From NCBI GenBank assembly GCA_014239365.1, contig JAAZZB010000033.1, forward strand, positions 10,669-74,668: a DNA stretch of 64,000 bases. The letters are read 5' to 3'. Under the pieces are notes generated by a model. The model saw only the letters and a program-made list of their open reading frames with translations, had not been told where the DNA came from and made no database searches. Each line of letters opens with the position of its first letter. Position 1 is the stretch's first letter. The stretch comes from Verrucomicrobiia bacterium. Lineage in GTDB: Bacteria; Verrucomicrobiota; Verrucomicrobiia; Limisphaerales; UBA1100. The position numbers and the translations under genes are program-made. Of the stretch, positions 26,911 through 36,259 are shown in pieces.

Positions 26911-26954
26911 GGGGTAAGGATCTCCTCAAATAATTAGCAAATATTTTATCACAA

Positions 26955-27422
26955 ATGACACCAATTAAATACCTGTTGACTTCCGTTGCGTTTGCATTCG
27001 TGCCGTTATATTATACTGCTGCAACTAAAGGTGAAGCAATAGATGCGCAGGTCAAGCGGCGGCAGGCTATTGAGCAATTCCAAGAGGCAGTCAATGTGAT
27101 GACTGCGGGTTTCGATACGGATGGGGATGGCCGGGTCACGCGCAAAGATGCAGACGTGAACGGTTTTCTAAGGAAGGTGGCCGCACTGCCTAATTTTGAT
27201 TGGGCTTATCCCATTACCATTGACGAGGAACTGGCAACTCTTTGGAAGAAAACCGGCCGAAAAAACAAATACCTGAAAATTATTCCCCGTGCTGAATCTG
27301 GGGGGTTTGTCGGGGGCTCGTTTAATTCACAGAGATATTATCGACCGTATAGTATTGTGCTGACAAATGAGTTGGTTAAAGTGAAAGTTGAAAAGAAAGA
27401 GTGGGAATACAAGAGTGAATAA
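26955..27422 (+). CDS. Small exported or membrane-anchored hypothetical protein with an EF-hand-like DxDxDG loop
   Basis: An N-terminal hydrophobic segment LLTSVAFAFVPLYY and the motif FDTDGDGRVTRKD. AT-rich coding region. Confidence 0.45.
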   Translation: MTPIKYLLTSVAFAFVPLYYTAATKGEAIDAQVKRRQAIEQFQEAVNVMTAGFDTDGDGRVTRKDADVNGFLRKVAALPNFDWAYPITIDEELATLWKKTGRKNKYLKIIPRAESGGFVGGSFNSQRYYRPYSIVLTNELVKVKVEKKEWEYKSE

Positions 27423-27960
27423 AATTGTATTATTTTTGATGATAGCCACGGGCGCCGGTTGCCATACTGCGCCTCAGGTGTCGGACATGGAGCTGTTCTA
27501 TCGGCACATATGGTCGCATCAGTTGTCGGATGGGATTGGGACTGTGAGGCTGCGGGATTGTCATGTGGTTTTTGTTGATCGCGGCAGGCCTGTCGATGGG
27601 CTTATTGCGCCCAGTGGTATTACGTTTGCAAGTAAGGCTACAGCAGAACGCATAAACAGCATATTTAAAAATTATCAAACAGGTCGGGAAACTTCAAAAT
27701 ATTCCGGATGCATTCCAGTTGTTTACCTTCGGTTAAGCAGGATTACTTTTGGCGCAAAAAAGCACGCGGTCCCTGGCGGGAATATAATTACCACACATCA
27801 TGCGCGATTGTATTTAACTGTGGGAATCGTGGAGGCGAAATCCGATCTATTTAAATTGCATAGACCTTCTATGCATGCTTCAAAATACGAATACATATTT
27901 TCATTGAATGGGAAGTGGCAGCCAACGTATTCCGGCCCGGAAAATGTTCCTATTCCTTAA
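27415..27960 (+). CDS. Putative lipoprotein, unknown function
   Basis: The GTG at 27415 gives VNKIVLFLMIATGAGC, a lipobox-like sequence. It overlaps the previous stop by 8 nt. The track ORF begins at 27388. Confidence 0.45.
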   Translation: MNKIVLFLMIATGAGCHTAPQVSDMELFYRHIWSHQLSDGIGTVRLRDCHVVFVDRGRPVDGLIAPSGITFASKATAERINSIFKNYQTGRETSKYSGCIPVVYLRLSRITFGAKKHAVPGGNIITTHHARLYLTVGIVEAKSDLFKLHRPSMHASKYEYIFSLNGKWQPTYSGPENVPIP

Positions 27961-28012
27961 AGGGGTCAGTTCTTACTGTTGACAACTGGCTTTATTGTGG
28001 GTTTGAGATTCG

Positions 28013-28102
28013 GGTAGGGCGATTTCTCCGAAACCGCCTTGGCGCGCTCGGAGAGCACGCCCTACCTTTCGCATAACGCTCCTTCATTCACTTCCCATTT
28101 TT
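28013..28102. repeat. Right direct repeat of the island: R1 copy (28013-28066) plus the genuine recF 3' end
   Basis: See 23764-23873. The recF stop codon (cta at 28062-28064) lies inside the CCCTACC arm of R1. Confidence 0.8.
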
Positions 28103-29138
28103 GCAATTCTTCGCCTAATTCCTCGGGCCAGTTTTGTTCGGTGCAGGTCATGAAGACTTGGCCTCGGCCTTGGGTGCATTGGTTTAGGAGGGGGAGGAAG
28201 GCTTGGCGGCGGGGGGCGTCGAGTTCGCCCATGACATCATCGATCAAGAGGATGGGCGGGGCGCCGTGGGTGGCGGCGAGGTGCTCGGCTTGGGCGAGTT
28301 TGAGGGCGATGGCGAGGGTGCGTTTTTGGCCTTCACTGGCGAAATCGGCGGCGGGTTTGTGGTTGAGCTGGAGGCTCAATTCATCGCGGTGCGGGCCGAG
28401 GAGGGTGGAGCCGAGGGCGCGCTCGCGTTCGCGCACGCGCTGGAGTTCGGCAGCGAAATCTTCTTTGACGCGGGGTTGGTATTCGACGTGCAGTTCTTCG
28501 CCATCGGGGGCGATGCGGGCGTGGGCGGCGGTGATGCGCGGGGCGAGTTCGGGCAGGAGCGCGTGGCGGTGAGCCATTATTTCGTTGCCGAGTTTTACCA
28601 TTTCGTGTGTGAAACTTTCGAGGGTGGCTTCGTCGACGGGGCGGCGTTTTAGCAATGCATTTCGGGAGCGCACGGCGCGGGTGTAGTTTTGCAAAAGGGG
28701 CAGGTATGTGGGCAGGGTTTGGGTGAGGAGAAAATCAAGGAAGCGCCGGCGGCCGCGTCCGGCGCCTTTGATGAGCTGGAGATCCTCGGTGCAAAAGGCG
28801 ACGGTGCGGAGTGTGCCGAGGTAATCGCTGAGCTTGCGGATGGGTTGTTCGTCGAGCGTGAGGCGGCGTTCGTTTTTGCTCCAATAAAGTTTGATGGCGT
28901 GGGAGGCGGTGGCGATGGCGCGTCCGCCCACGAACCATCCGGGTTGGCCGTGGCGCACCATCGCGGCGCTGCCGACGCCGCGAAAGCTGCGCAGGGTGGC
29001 GAGCAGATGAACGGCTTCGAGCAGATTGGTTTTGCCCTGCGCATTGCGGCCGAGTAGCACGTGAAAGCCCGGCCCGAAGTCGGCATCGAGCCGCCGGTAG
29101 TTTCGAAAATCCCGCAATCGCAAATGCCCCAGGTGCAC
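28062..29138 (-). CDS. recF: DNA replication and repair protein RecF
   Basis: MHLGHLRLRDFRNY...LLGRNAQGKTNLLEAV carries the Walker A motif, SEGQKRTLAIALKLA is the signature motif, and ILLIDDVMGELD is Walker B. Confidence 0.92.
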   Translation of the reverse strand: MHLGHLRLRDFRNYRRLDADFGPGFHVLLGRNAQGKTNLLEAVHLLATLRSFRGVGSAAMVRHGQPGWFVGGRAIATASHAIKLYWSKNERRLTLDEQPIRKLSDYLGTLRTVAFCTEDLQLIKGAGRGRRRFLDFLLTQTLPTYLPLLQNYTRAVRSRNALLKRRPVDEATLESFTHEMVKLGNEIMAHRHALLPELAPRITAAHARIAPDGEELHVEYQPRVKEDFAAELQRVRERERALGSTLLGPHRDELSLQLNHKPAADFASEGQKRTLAIALKLAQAEHLAATHGAPPILLIDDVMGELDAPRRQAFLPLLNQCTQGRGQVFMTCTEQNWPEELGEELQKWEVNEGALCER

Positions 29139-29183
29139 GGGCGACTATGGGCTGAAGGGGCGGTGGGTGGCAATCACGGGAGT

Positions 29184-30194
29184 TTATGGGCCCTTCACTT
29201 TGGCGCGCGGGTGGGCGTCGTTGTAGGCTTCCTTGAGGCGGTCGGTGGTGAGGTGGGTGTAGACTTGAGTGGTGACGAGATTTTCGTGGCCGAGGAGTTC
29301 CTGCACGCTGCGGAGATCGGCACCGGCGTTAAGCAAATGAGTTGCGTAACTGTGGCGCAGTTTGTGCGGGGTGAGGGTGGGATCCAGATTGGCGGCGGCG
29401 AGGTAGTGTTTGAAATGCAACTGCACGAGGCGCGGATAAACAGGCCGGAGGTCATCGGGGTTGGCGAGGAAGACGGGCATCTCGTCGCTGGGCGGATGCT
29501 TCAGCGCGGCCCAGTAGCGCTCGATGGCCGCCACGGCGGGCGCGCCGATGGGCACTTGGCGTTCCTTTTTGCCTTTGCCGCGGACGCGCAGCAGGCGCTC
29601 GGTGCGATCAAGATCGAGCACGCGCATCCCGCAGACTTCGCTGATGCGCAGGCCGCAGGAATAAATGGCCTCGAGGATGGCGGCATCGCGAAGGTACGGC
29701 GCGGGGTCAATTTCGATTTCGGTTTCGTCATTCGCTTCTTCTTTGGCTTGCTCTTGAGCGGTGGCGAGTTCCGCGAGCGGGGCGTCCATCAACGCGGTGG
29801 TTTGCTCGAGCGTGAGAAATTGCGGGAGGCGTTTTTCTTTTTTGGGCAGTGTGATGTCGCGGACGGGTGAGGCATCGAGTTTGCCGCGCCGCATCAGATG
29901 TTTGTAAAATGAACGCAGCGCGGAGAAGCGTAACTGCACCGCCGAGCGGCTGAGATTGCCGCGTCCGAGGAAGCGCAAGTAGCCACGGAAATCGAGTTTT
30001 TTTAAGTGCAACCAATCGGGAGCTTGTTTGCGTTCATCCAAGAACCATCGCGAAAATTCAGTGAGCGCCTGCCGATAATTCCGCTGCGTGTACACGGACG
30101 CGCCGGCCTCAGTGTGCAAGTAATCGAGGAACGACGACACGAATGCGTCGTCATCCGCAACGGATGTTTTGGAAATGGCTGCCCTCCCCGGCAT
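29184..30194 (-). CDS. Tyrosine recombinase, XerC/XerD-like
   Basis: SFLDYLHTEAGASVYTQRNYRQAL is the N-terminal SAM-like domain. The catalytic residues are GLRISEV (R), HKLRHSYATHLL (H-x-x-R) and LGHENLVTTQVYTHL (H...Y). There is an acidic insertion (AQEQAKEEANDETEIEID) between the domains. Confidence 0.88.
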   Translation of the reverse strand: MPGRAAISKTSVADDDAFVSSFLDYLHTEAGASVYTQRNYRQALTEFSRWFLDERKQAPDWLHLKKLDFRGYLRFLGRGNLSRSAVQLRFSALRSFYKHLMRRGKLDASPVRDITLPKKEKRLPQFLTLEQTTALMDAPLAELATAQEQAKEEANDETEIEIDPAPYLRDAAILEAIYSCGLRISEVCGMRVLDLDRTERLLRVRGKGKKERQVPIGAPAVAAIERYWAALKHPPSDEMPVFLANPDDLRPVYPRLVQLHFKHYLAAANLDPTLTPHKLRHSYATHLLNAGADLRSVQELLGHENLVTTQVYTHLTTDRLKEAYNDAHPRAKVKGP

Positions 30195-30246
30195 TCATTG
30201 ATGCTAACAGAAACGGTGCGGGAAAACAAGTTGAACCATAGTGGCG

Positions 30247-30286
30247 CAGAGGGCACAGAGAAATTATTCGCTCTGTGAACTCTGAG
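30247..30286. repeat. R2-type hairpin (cacagag-N10-ctctgtg) spanning the topB stop codon
   Basis: The sequence is gggcacagagaaattattcgctctgtgaactctgag. The last topB codons (GTQSSQSE*) are encoded by the repeat. Confidence 0.6.
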
Positions 30287-32873
30287 TCCCGGCGGGTTTT
30301 TTTGCAGCCTTCTTCGCAGCTTTTTTCTTGGCCGGTTTCTTGGGGCGGGGTGGGAATTCCCAGGCGAGTTTGCCGGTGGTTTTATCGAGCAACAAAAAGG
30401 CGCTGAAGGGGCGGCCTTTTTTGGAGATGAACCCGGCGATGACGTCGGTTTTGCCTTCGGTGAAAAGTTTGATGGCTTGGTCGGCGGGGATTTCTTTTTT
30501 GAGAATTTCCTTCGCGATGCGGGTGCCGCCTTTTTGTTTGTCGGGCGCCATCTCGGGGCAAAGATAGGCGCGGTCGGTTTCGTAAACTTTAGTGGCGGTG
30601 CCATCGGCCAGCGTGGCTTCGCAGAGGAGTTGGTCGTCGGTGAGATTTTTGGATTCCGCTTCGCGTTCTTCGTCGCCTTCGAAAATGAATTCCGGTTTCC
30701 ACGCGCCGCGCGCGCCTTCGGCCATTGCGATCTCGGCGACGAAGGGTTGGCCGAAGCGGTTTTTGAAATCTTCAAACGGCCCCACGCGGCCTTTTTCCAA
30801 AAGCACCTTAGCCTCGGCGGGCACGAGTTTGTGGCTGGCGATGTATTTGTTGAGTTTGAATTTGCAGTCCGCGCCGGTGCATTCGTAGTTGCCGTCGGTT
30901 TGCTTGAGCGTGGTGCCACCGCAGCTGGGGCAAATGGCTTCGAGATCGGGATAAGTGCGATTGGCCAGCTCGGTCATTTTGCCGACCGTGCGTTCGACGA
31001 TGTCTTTGGTAAGCGATTTGATTTCGCTCATAAACGCTTCGCGACTGAGCGCGCCGGTTTCCATTTGCTTGAGTTTGTATTCCCATTCACCGGTCAACTC
31101 CGGCGAGGTCAACGCCTCAATGCCGATGTCTTCCAGTAAATCAATCAACGCGAGGCCTTTGTTGGAAACCACGAGGTCGCGCTTCATTTGTTCGTGGCGG
31201 AAAACATATTTGTGCGCGATGAGCCCTTCGATGATAGCCGCGCGGGTGGCGGGCGTGCCGAGGCCGCGCTCGCTCATTGCCTCGCGCAGTTCGTCGTCGT
31301 CCACGCGTTTGCCGGCGGTCTCCATCGCGGAAAGCAACGTGGCCTCCGTGTAACGCGCGGGCGGTTTGGTGTGTTCGCCTTTGAGCGTGACTTCTTTTGC
31401 GTCGGCCTTTTCGCCCGTCTCGGCGGGAACCAATTCGTCCTTCTCCGTGGCCACGCCGGGGCGGCGGCCGTACACTTCGAGATAGCCGGGGGTGACCAAC
31501 ACTTTGCCGGTGGTGAGAAATGAATCCTGCTCAATGCGCGTGATGCGGCGGGTGTTTTCAAATTCTGCCGACGGAAAAAAGATGGCCACAAAGCGCCGCG
31601 TCACGAGGTCATAAATTTTTTGCTCCTGCTCCTTGAGCCCGCCCGCGGGAATTTTTCCAGTCGGGATAATTGCAAAGTGATCGCTGATTTTTGCGTTATT
31701 AAAAATGCGTTTGCTCGGCGTCACCCAGTCGTTGCTCAATACTTTTGAGGCCGCGGCAATGACTTCCGGTGACAACGTGGCATTCGGTTTGGCCTTCGCA
31801 AACCCGGCGAGATGGCTGCGCACGGTATCGATGTAATCCTCCGGCAGACACTTCGCGTCCGTGCGCGGGTAAGTGAGCAGCTTGTGGCGTTCGTAAAGCG
31901 ACTGCGCGATGCCGAGCGTGTTGCGCGCGCTGAAGCCAAAGCGGTTGCCGGCCTCGCGCTGCAGCGTGGTGAGATCGTAAAGCTGCGGTGGCGCTTGCTT
32001 GGCGGGCTTTTTGATTTCCTCGATGACGCCTGTTTGGCCCGTGCAACGCTCCACAACCGATGTCGCTTCGGCCTCAGTCCAAATGCGTTCGGCGCGGGTT
32101 TGGTCGTCGTTTTCGTCCTTCTTAAAATCTTCGCGGAACCATCGGCCCGCGTACGTGCCCGCGTGCACTTCAAATTCCGCGTGCACCTCCCAATAATCGC
32201 GTGGCACAAAATCGCGAATCAATCGCTCGCGTTCGCTGAGGATCGTCAGCGTCGGCGTTTGCACGCGACCGGCGCTCGTCATATTAAATCCACCGTGCCG
32301 CGAGTTGAATGCCGTGAGCGCGCGCGAGCCGTTGAGGCCCACCAACCAATCGCTCTCCGACCGGCACAACGCCGCGTCCGCCAGCGGCTGCATTCGGCCA
32401 TCCTCGCGTAATTTTTGGAACGCCTCGACAATCGCGCCATCGGTCATCGACTGCATCCACATCCGCTTCATCGGTTTCTCCACGCCGGCCAGCGCCATGA
32501 TGTAGCGAAAAATTAATTCCCCCTCGCGGCCCGCATCGCAGGCGTTGATGATTTGATCGACCTCCTTGCGCTTGATCAACCGCAGCAGCAAATTCAGGCG
32601 GCTCTCACTTTTTTCAATCGGCTGAAGTTCAAACTTATCAGGAATCACCGGCAGATGCTTGATGCCCCACGGCAGCTTTTTGCCGTTCGGGCCTTCCGGC
32701 ATTTTCAGCTCCACCAAATGCCCCACCGCCGAAGTGACAATCGCGTTGTCGTTTTCGAAGTAGCTGTTGCGGTCCTTGCCCTTCCGCTCGAACTTGCCCA
32801 GCGTCTTGCCCAGAACTCGGGCAAGGTCGGTTTGGACCGACGGCTTCTCGGCGATGACTAGTGTTTTGCCCAT
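30264..32873 (-). CDS. topB: DNA topoisomerase III (type IA)
   Basis: LVIAEKPS is the TOPRIM N-terminus and [16 protein letters not shown] is the TopB-type active-site Tyr motif, with DHFAIIPT following. It also has a C4 zinc ribbon CPSCGG...CTGADC and a Lys-rich tail. The start is the ATG at 32873 or the TTG at 32882. Confidence 0.88.
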   Translation of the reverse strand: MGKTLVIAEKPSVQTDLARVLGKTLGKFERKGKDRNSYFENDNAIVTSAVGHLVELKMPEGPNGKKLPWGIKHLPVIPDKFELQPIEKSESRLNLLLRLIKRKEVDQIINACDAGREGELIFRYIMALAGVEKPMKRMWMQSMTDGAIVEAFQKLREDGRMQPLADAALCRSESDWLVGLNGSRALTAFNSRHGGFNMTSAGRVQTPTLTILSERERLIRDFVPRDYWEVHAEFEVHAGTYAGRWFREDFKKDENDDQTRAERIWTEAEATSVVERCTGQTGVIEEIKKPAKQAPPQLYDLTTLQREAGNRFGFSARNTLGIAQSLYERHKLLTYPRTDAKCLPEDYIDTVRSHLAGFAKAKPNATLSPEVIAAASKVLSNDWVTPSKRIFNNAKISDHFAIIPTGKIPAGGLKEQEQKIYDLVTRRFVAIFFPSAEFENTRRITRIEQDSFLTTGKVLVTPGYLEVYGRRPGVATEKDELVPAETGEKADAKEVTLKGEHTKPPARYTEATLLSAMETAGKRVDDDELREAMSERGLGTPATRAAIIEGLIAHKYVFRHEQMKRDLVVSNKGLALIDLLEDIGIEALTSPELTGEWEYKLKQMETGALSREAFMSEIKSLTKDIVERTVGKMTELANRTYPDLEAICPSCGGTTLKQTDGNYECTGADCKFKLNKYIASHKLVPAEAKVLLEKGRVGPFEDFKNRFGQPFVAEIAMAEGARGAWKPEFIFEGDEEREAESKNLTDDQLLCEATLADGTATKVYETDRAYLCPEMAPDKQKGGTRIAKEILKKEIPADQAIKLFTEGKTDVIAGFISKKGRPFSAFLLLDKTTGKLAWEFPPRPKKPAKKKAAKKAAKKPAGTQSSQSE

Positions 32874-33013
32874 TTGTTGCAAACGTTGCGGCGGGGTTTA
32901 GTGGCCCAATGGCCTTTTGGCAACCCCTTTTTCCAGACGCACGGACGGGCTGTTTCATTGAAAAAACTTTTTTGCGCAGCCCTGCCGTGCTCAACGTGCT
33001 ATCGTCCGCCGCG

Positions 33014-33718
33014 ATGGCAAAGGGCTATTTTTCCAGTGACGCAACGCGCGCCGAGCGTGTGCGCGACCTCTTTGATACCATTGCCCCGCGCTACGATCTC
33101 ATCAACGATCTGCAAAGCCTGTGGCTGCATCGCCGCTGGAAAAAACGCCTTGTCACCTTCGCAAACCCCCGCCCCGGCCAACGTGTGCTCGATCTTTGCT
33201 GCGGCACTGGCGACATCGCGTTTGCTTTAGCAAACAGCGGCGCGGACGTCGTTGGCCTCGACTTCAGCAAACCGATGCTCGACCAAGCCATCCGGCGCAA
33301 TCGCGATCTCACCGTTACCTTCCGCGAAGGCGACGCGTTGGAAACCGGCTTGCCCGATGAGCACTTTGATTGCACCACCATCGCCTTCGGCCTGCGCAAT
33401 CTTGACAGTTTTGAAAATGGCCTGCGCGAAATGCATCGCCTCACCAAGCCCGGCGGCAAAATCCTCGTGCTCGATTTTGGCAAACCTACCTTCGCCCCGT
33501 GGCGATGGATTTATTTTGGTTACTTGAAATGGATCGTCCCGTGGTTCGGCCGCCTCATCTGCCGCGATGCCCCGGCCTACGCATACATTCACGAGTCCCT
33601 CGAAAACTATCCCGCCCAAGACGGCGTGGAAAAAGTAATGCGCGAACTCGGTTGCAAAGAAGTCACCATCCACCGAATCCTCGGCAGCGCAATGACGATC
33701 AACGTGGGGGTGAAGTAA
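33014..33718 (+). CDS. ubiE: Demethylmenaquinone/ubiquinone C-methyltransferase
   Basis: It carries FDTIAPRYDLINDLQSLWLHRRWKK, the SAM motif VLDLCCGTGD, FGLRN and YIHESLENYP. The start is set at the ATG at 33014. Confidence 0.9.
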   Translation: MAKGYFSSDATRAERVRDLFDTIAPRYDLINDLQSLWLHRRWKKRLVTFANPRPGQRVLDLCCGTGDIAFALANSGADVVGLDFSKPMLDQAIRRNRDLTVTFREGDALETGLPDEHFDCTTIAFGLRNLDSFENGLREMHRLTKPGGKILVLDFGKPTFAPWRWIYFGYLKWIVPWFGRLICRDAPAYAYIHESLENYPAQDGVEKVMRELGCKEVTIHRILGSAMTINVGVK

Positions 33719-33740
33719 GCGTTCGTGGGATTGGGGTTTT

Positions 33741-33870
33741 CTCCCTCACCCCAGCCCTCTCCCGCTGGGAGAGGGAGTAGTGGCAGTGCGAATGAACGAG
33801 GGTTAAAAAACCAACAGGGCGCGGAAGATCAATCTCCCTCTCCCTCAGGGAGAGGGTCGGGGTGAGGGTG
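33741..33870. repeat. R6: two inverted copies of a ~37-nt element (CTCCCTCACCCCAGCCCTCTCCC...GGGAGAGGG)
   Basis: 33741-33777 and 33834-33870 are near reverse complements of each other. Each contains its own ccctctccc/gggagaggg mini-hairpin. Confidence 0.75.
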
Positions 33871-33896
33871 GAAAGCTGAACAGAAAATGAGTTTCC

Positions 33897-34670
33897 TTAT
33901 TTCGCCGTTGACGCAATATCCTTCATCAACGCCAACGCCGTGGCCTCGGTGAGTTGTTGGATATTATATCGCTTCAACATTCGCGCGGCGGCGGCTTGAT
34001 GCGGAAATAAATCCAACACCGTGGCTTGCCCAAGCACTTGGCCGTCAGCCGCGCGTGTGGCAGTGACGATAATGTCCGGCACGGTGTGGGATTGTGTGCC
34101 GTTGATGCCGGGCAAGTTGATTTCACGTTCGCCCAATAAAATTTCCAAAGTCAACTCCGGCAAATTCGTTTGAGCCGGATCAATTAGCGTGGCTCCCGCT
34201 AAACGCAGCGGACGACCGAAGAGCAACTCCACTTCGCGTTTGGTTTGGCGCGTGGATAATTCATCCGCATCAAAAATGCGCGGTCCGGCGGCCGGCGCGG
34301 CCGGTGCGGCGCCACCCACTCCGGCGGGCATTGGCAAGCCGGTGGCGGGATCAATCTGCGGCGTGCCGCCCACGCCCACGGTGGGCAACTGCGGCACCTC
34401 AAACGCGCCTTGCGGGAGGTTCACGTTAATGTTGATGCGCGGCGCGCCGAGCTTCCCATAAGCTGCGCGGAAATCCTCCACGATTTGCTGCGCTTGATCC
34501 GCATTATAAATCAGCGAAAGCGGCACAGCGGGCGACACGGTGTAGACATATTTTTTGCCTTCCACCGGCGCGGCGGTTTGCTTGAACACCACCATCGCGG
34601 AACGGTTGGCGCTGGGCGCACAACAGCCAACGAGCAGCAGCGCGGGAATGAGCAATGCAATTTTTTTCAT
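33897..34670 (-). CDS. Lipoprotein of unknown function with a QIDPATGLP motif
   Basis: Lipobox LLLVGC. It contains GTPQIDPATGLPMPAGVGG followed by an Ala/Pro-rich stretch. It is the last gene of a four-lipoprotein operon. Confidence 0.6.
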   Translation of the reverse strand: MKKIALLIPALLLVGCCAPSANRSAMVVFKQTAAPVEGKKYVYTVSPAVPLSLIYNADQAQQIVEDFRAAYGKLGAPRININVNLPQGAFEVPQLPTVGVGGTPQIDPATGLPMPAGVGGAAPAAPAAGPRIFDADELSTRQTKREVELLFGRPLRLAGATLIDPAQTNLPELTLEILLGEREINLPGINGTQSHTVPDIIVTATRAADGQVLGQATVLDLFPHQAAAARMLKRYNIQQLTEATALALMKDIASTAK

Positions 34671-34682
34671 AAATTTTTAGAG

Positions 34683-35063
34683 CTAGCGCGCCAGTCGCAC
34701 GCGCACGGTGTAGTCCTTGGCCTTGGCGTTGAGCGATTTGAACTCGACGGTTTCCTGCGCGGTCTCGTCGAGGATGAGCGTTTGGAACGGCGTGGTGTCG
34801 ATGGCGAATCCCTGTTCATCCTTGAAGGCGCAGCTCACTTGCAAATCCACGCGTTTGTTGATGAGGTTCAAAATATTCGCGCGCACTTGCAATCGGCCAT
34901 CGGCCAGTTGCGTTTCCTGCATCGCCGTGCATTTTACCGTGCGGCCGCCGAGAGTGCCGAGCGCGACAAATTTGCTGTTGTTCGCCGTAGCCGCTTGTTG
35001 CGCGACGGGCGTGCCGCAGCCGGTGATGATCGCGCAGGCGCTGAGGATGAGTAGTGTTTTCAT
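34683..35063 (-). CDS. YcfL-like (DUF1425-type) small lipoprotein
   Basis: Lipobox IITGC. 126 aa with a beta-rich pattern (RLQVRANILNLINKRVDLQVSCAFKDEQGF...YTVRVRL) resembling YcfL family proteins, which are typically encoded next to lpoB. Confidence 0.55.
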   Translation of the reverse strand: MKTLLILSACAIITGCGTPVAQQAATANNSKFVALGTLGGRTVKCTAMQETQLADGRLQVRANILNLINKRVDLQVSCAFKDEQGFAIDTTPFQTLILDETAQETVEFKSLNAKAKDYTVRVRLAR

Positions 35064-35074
35064 AAATCTCCTTT

Positions 35075-36238
35075 TTAATCCGTCACGAACACCACGGTGT
35101 CGCGGCCGGTCTGTACGGTTACTGAAACATTTTTTTGTCGATTCGGCAAGGCAATGCCGTTGGCATCGAGGAACTCAATCGCAATCGTGTGGGTGCCAAC
35201 GGGCAGTTGCAGCGCGGCAAAGCTGAGGTGTTGCGGGAGATTCGTCCACGTGCGGGTGTCCGCGCGCGGTTCGGCGGAGCCGCCAATAATTTTGCCCGCA
35301 AGGCCCGCGCCCAACAAGGCCACGCCCGCGCCTTCGGTTTCGGGTTGGTTGGCGAGGATGGCGCCGCCGGTCACGCCGATGTCACCGACGAGGTCGCCGG
35401 CTTTTTTGATCGTGGCTTTTTTGGCGAGGATGGCGTCCATCGCGCGATCGCCACGGGTGGAGGCTTGGAAAGTGAGGTTGTCAAAAATCGGCGCGATGAG
35501 TGTCCGCCCGCCCGCGGTGATGCGTGCGGATTGCGCGCGCGAATGGCCGCCGTCGTACACGATTTTTTCGCCGACATCGCCACCGGTTTTTTTCATTGGC
35601 CCAAAACCGAATTGCAAAAACACCATCACGTTAGCGAGCGGGTTGTAGTCGGGCAGGCCGATGGCGGTGGCGCTGGCATTGAACCGGGCGTGTGCGAGGG
35701 CGGCGCTGCCTTTGCTGCTGTCACGGCCGAGCTTGGCGGTGATGAAGCCATCGAGGTAATCGAGCAACACCCAATCCGCGCGATGCTCCGGCTGCGCGGC
35801 GAGGGCGTCCATCAGCTGCGCGGTGCGGAAACAGGCGCGGGCGTTATCGGGCTCGCCGTCCATCCAGTAAAACACGCCGTGATAAAACCAACCCATCGCG
35901 CGCTCGTGCGATTCGCCGTGGAAACCTTTCACATTCTCAGGCGAGAACAGGCTTTGCGCCAAGCGCGTTTGGGCATCGGCTTTCAGGATTTGCCCAGCCG
36001 AGGGCATTGCGGTGGCGAGCAATGCGCGCGCTTCGGAATGGCGGCCGAGCTTGAGGGCGTGCACGGCGGTGATGAGCCGCCAGCGATTTTTATCGTGCGC
36101 GGGGGCTTTGGCAATTTGGCGATGACCGGCGGCGACGAGGTCGCCATTAAATTCCGGCGCGCGCTGAATGGCCGGCGCTTGGCACGCGGCGAATCCCAAC
36201 GCGCTTAACAGACAAATGCTCGTGGCAATTTTCATCAC
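35075..36238 (-). CDS. Lipoprotein, unknown function (helical N-terminal half, beta-rich C-terminal half)
   Basis: Lipobox-like LGFAAC, with ADTRTWTNLPQHLSFAALQLPVGTHTIAIEF near the C-terminus. Its position between the LpoB-like and YcfL-like genes matches a conserved three-lipoprotein arrangement. The family assignment is inference. Confidence 0.5.
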   Translation of the reverse strand: MMKIATSICLLSALGFAACQAPAIQRAPEFNGDLVAAGHRQIAKAPAHDKNRWRLITAVHALKLGRHSEARALLATAMPSAGQILKADAQTRLAQSLFSPENVKGFHGESHERAMGWFYHGVFYWMDGEPDNARACFRTAQLMDALAAQPEHRADWVLLDYLDGFITAKLGRDSSKGSAALAHARFNASATAIGLPDYNPLANVMVFLQFGFGPMKKTGGDVGEKIVYDGGHSRAQSARITAGGRTLIAPIFDNLTFQASTRGDRAMDAILAKKATIKKAGDLVGDIGVTGGAILANQPETEGAGVALLGAGLAGKIIGGSAEPRADTRTWTNLPQHLSFAALQLPVGTHTIAIEFLDANGIALPNRQKNVSVTVQTGRDTVVFVTD

Positions 36239-36259
36239 CGTGAAAAAACAAGCGCCGGA

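Larger units (their letters stand above)
23764..28102. mobile_element. Putative integrated cassette island (no recombinase inside) inserted at the recF 3' end
   Basis: It is bounded by the two direct repeats. The interior is visibly AT-richer than the nuo and recF flanks, especially 26.5-28.0 kb. It carries five accessory ORFs on one strand. Confidence 0.45.

Noticed and set aside
23874-28012. Search for an integrase, transposase or phage genes inside the island
   Set aside because: None of the five ORFs shows recombinase, DDE or phage-structural motifs. The mobile-element interpretation therefore rests only on the flanking duplication and composition, and it is kept at moderate confidence.
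30002-30919. 305-aa minus-strand ORF overlapping the topB 3' region and the Xer 5' end
   Set aside because: It is an alternate frame of topB, and its product is extreme K/P/S/A low complexity. The topB frame has the zinc ribbon and conserved domains.
35135-36208. 357-aa plus-strand ORF
   Set aside because: It is antisense to the lipoprotein gene 35075..36238, which has a lipobox and fits the operon structure.
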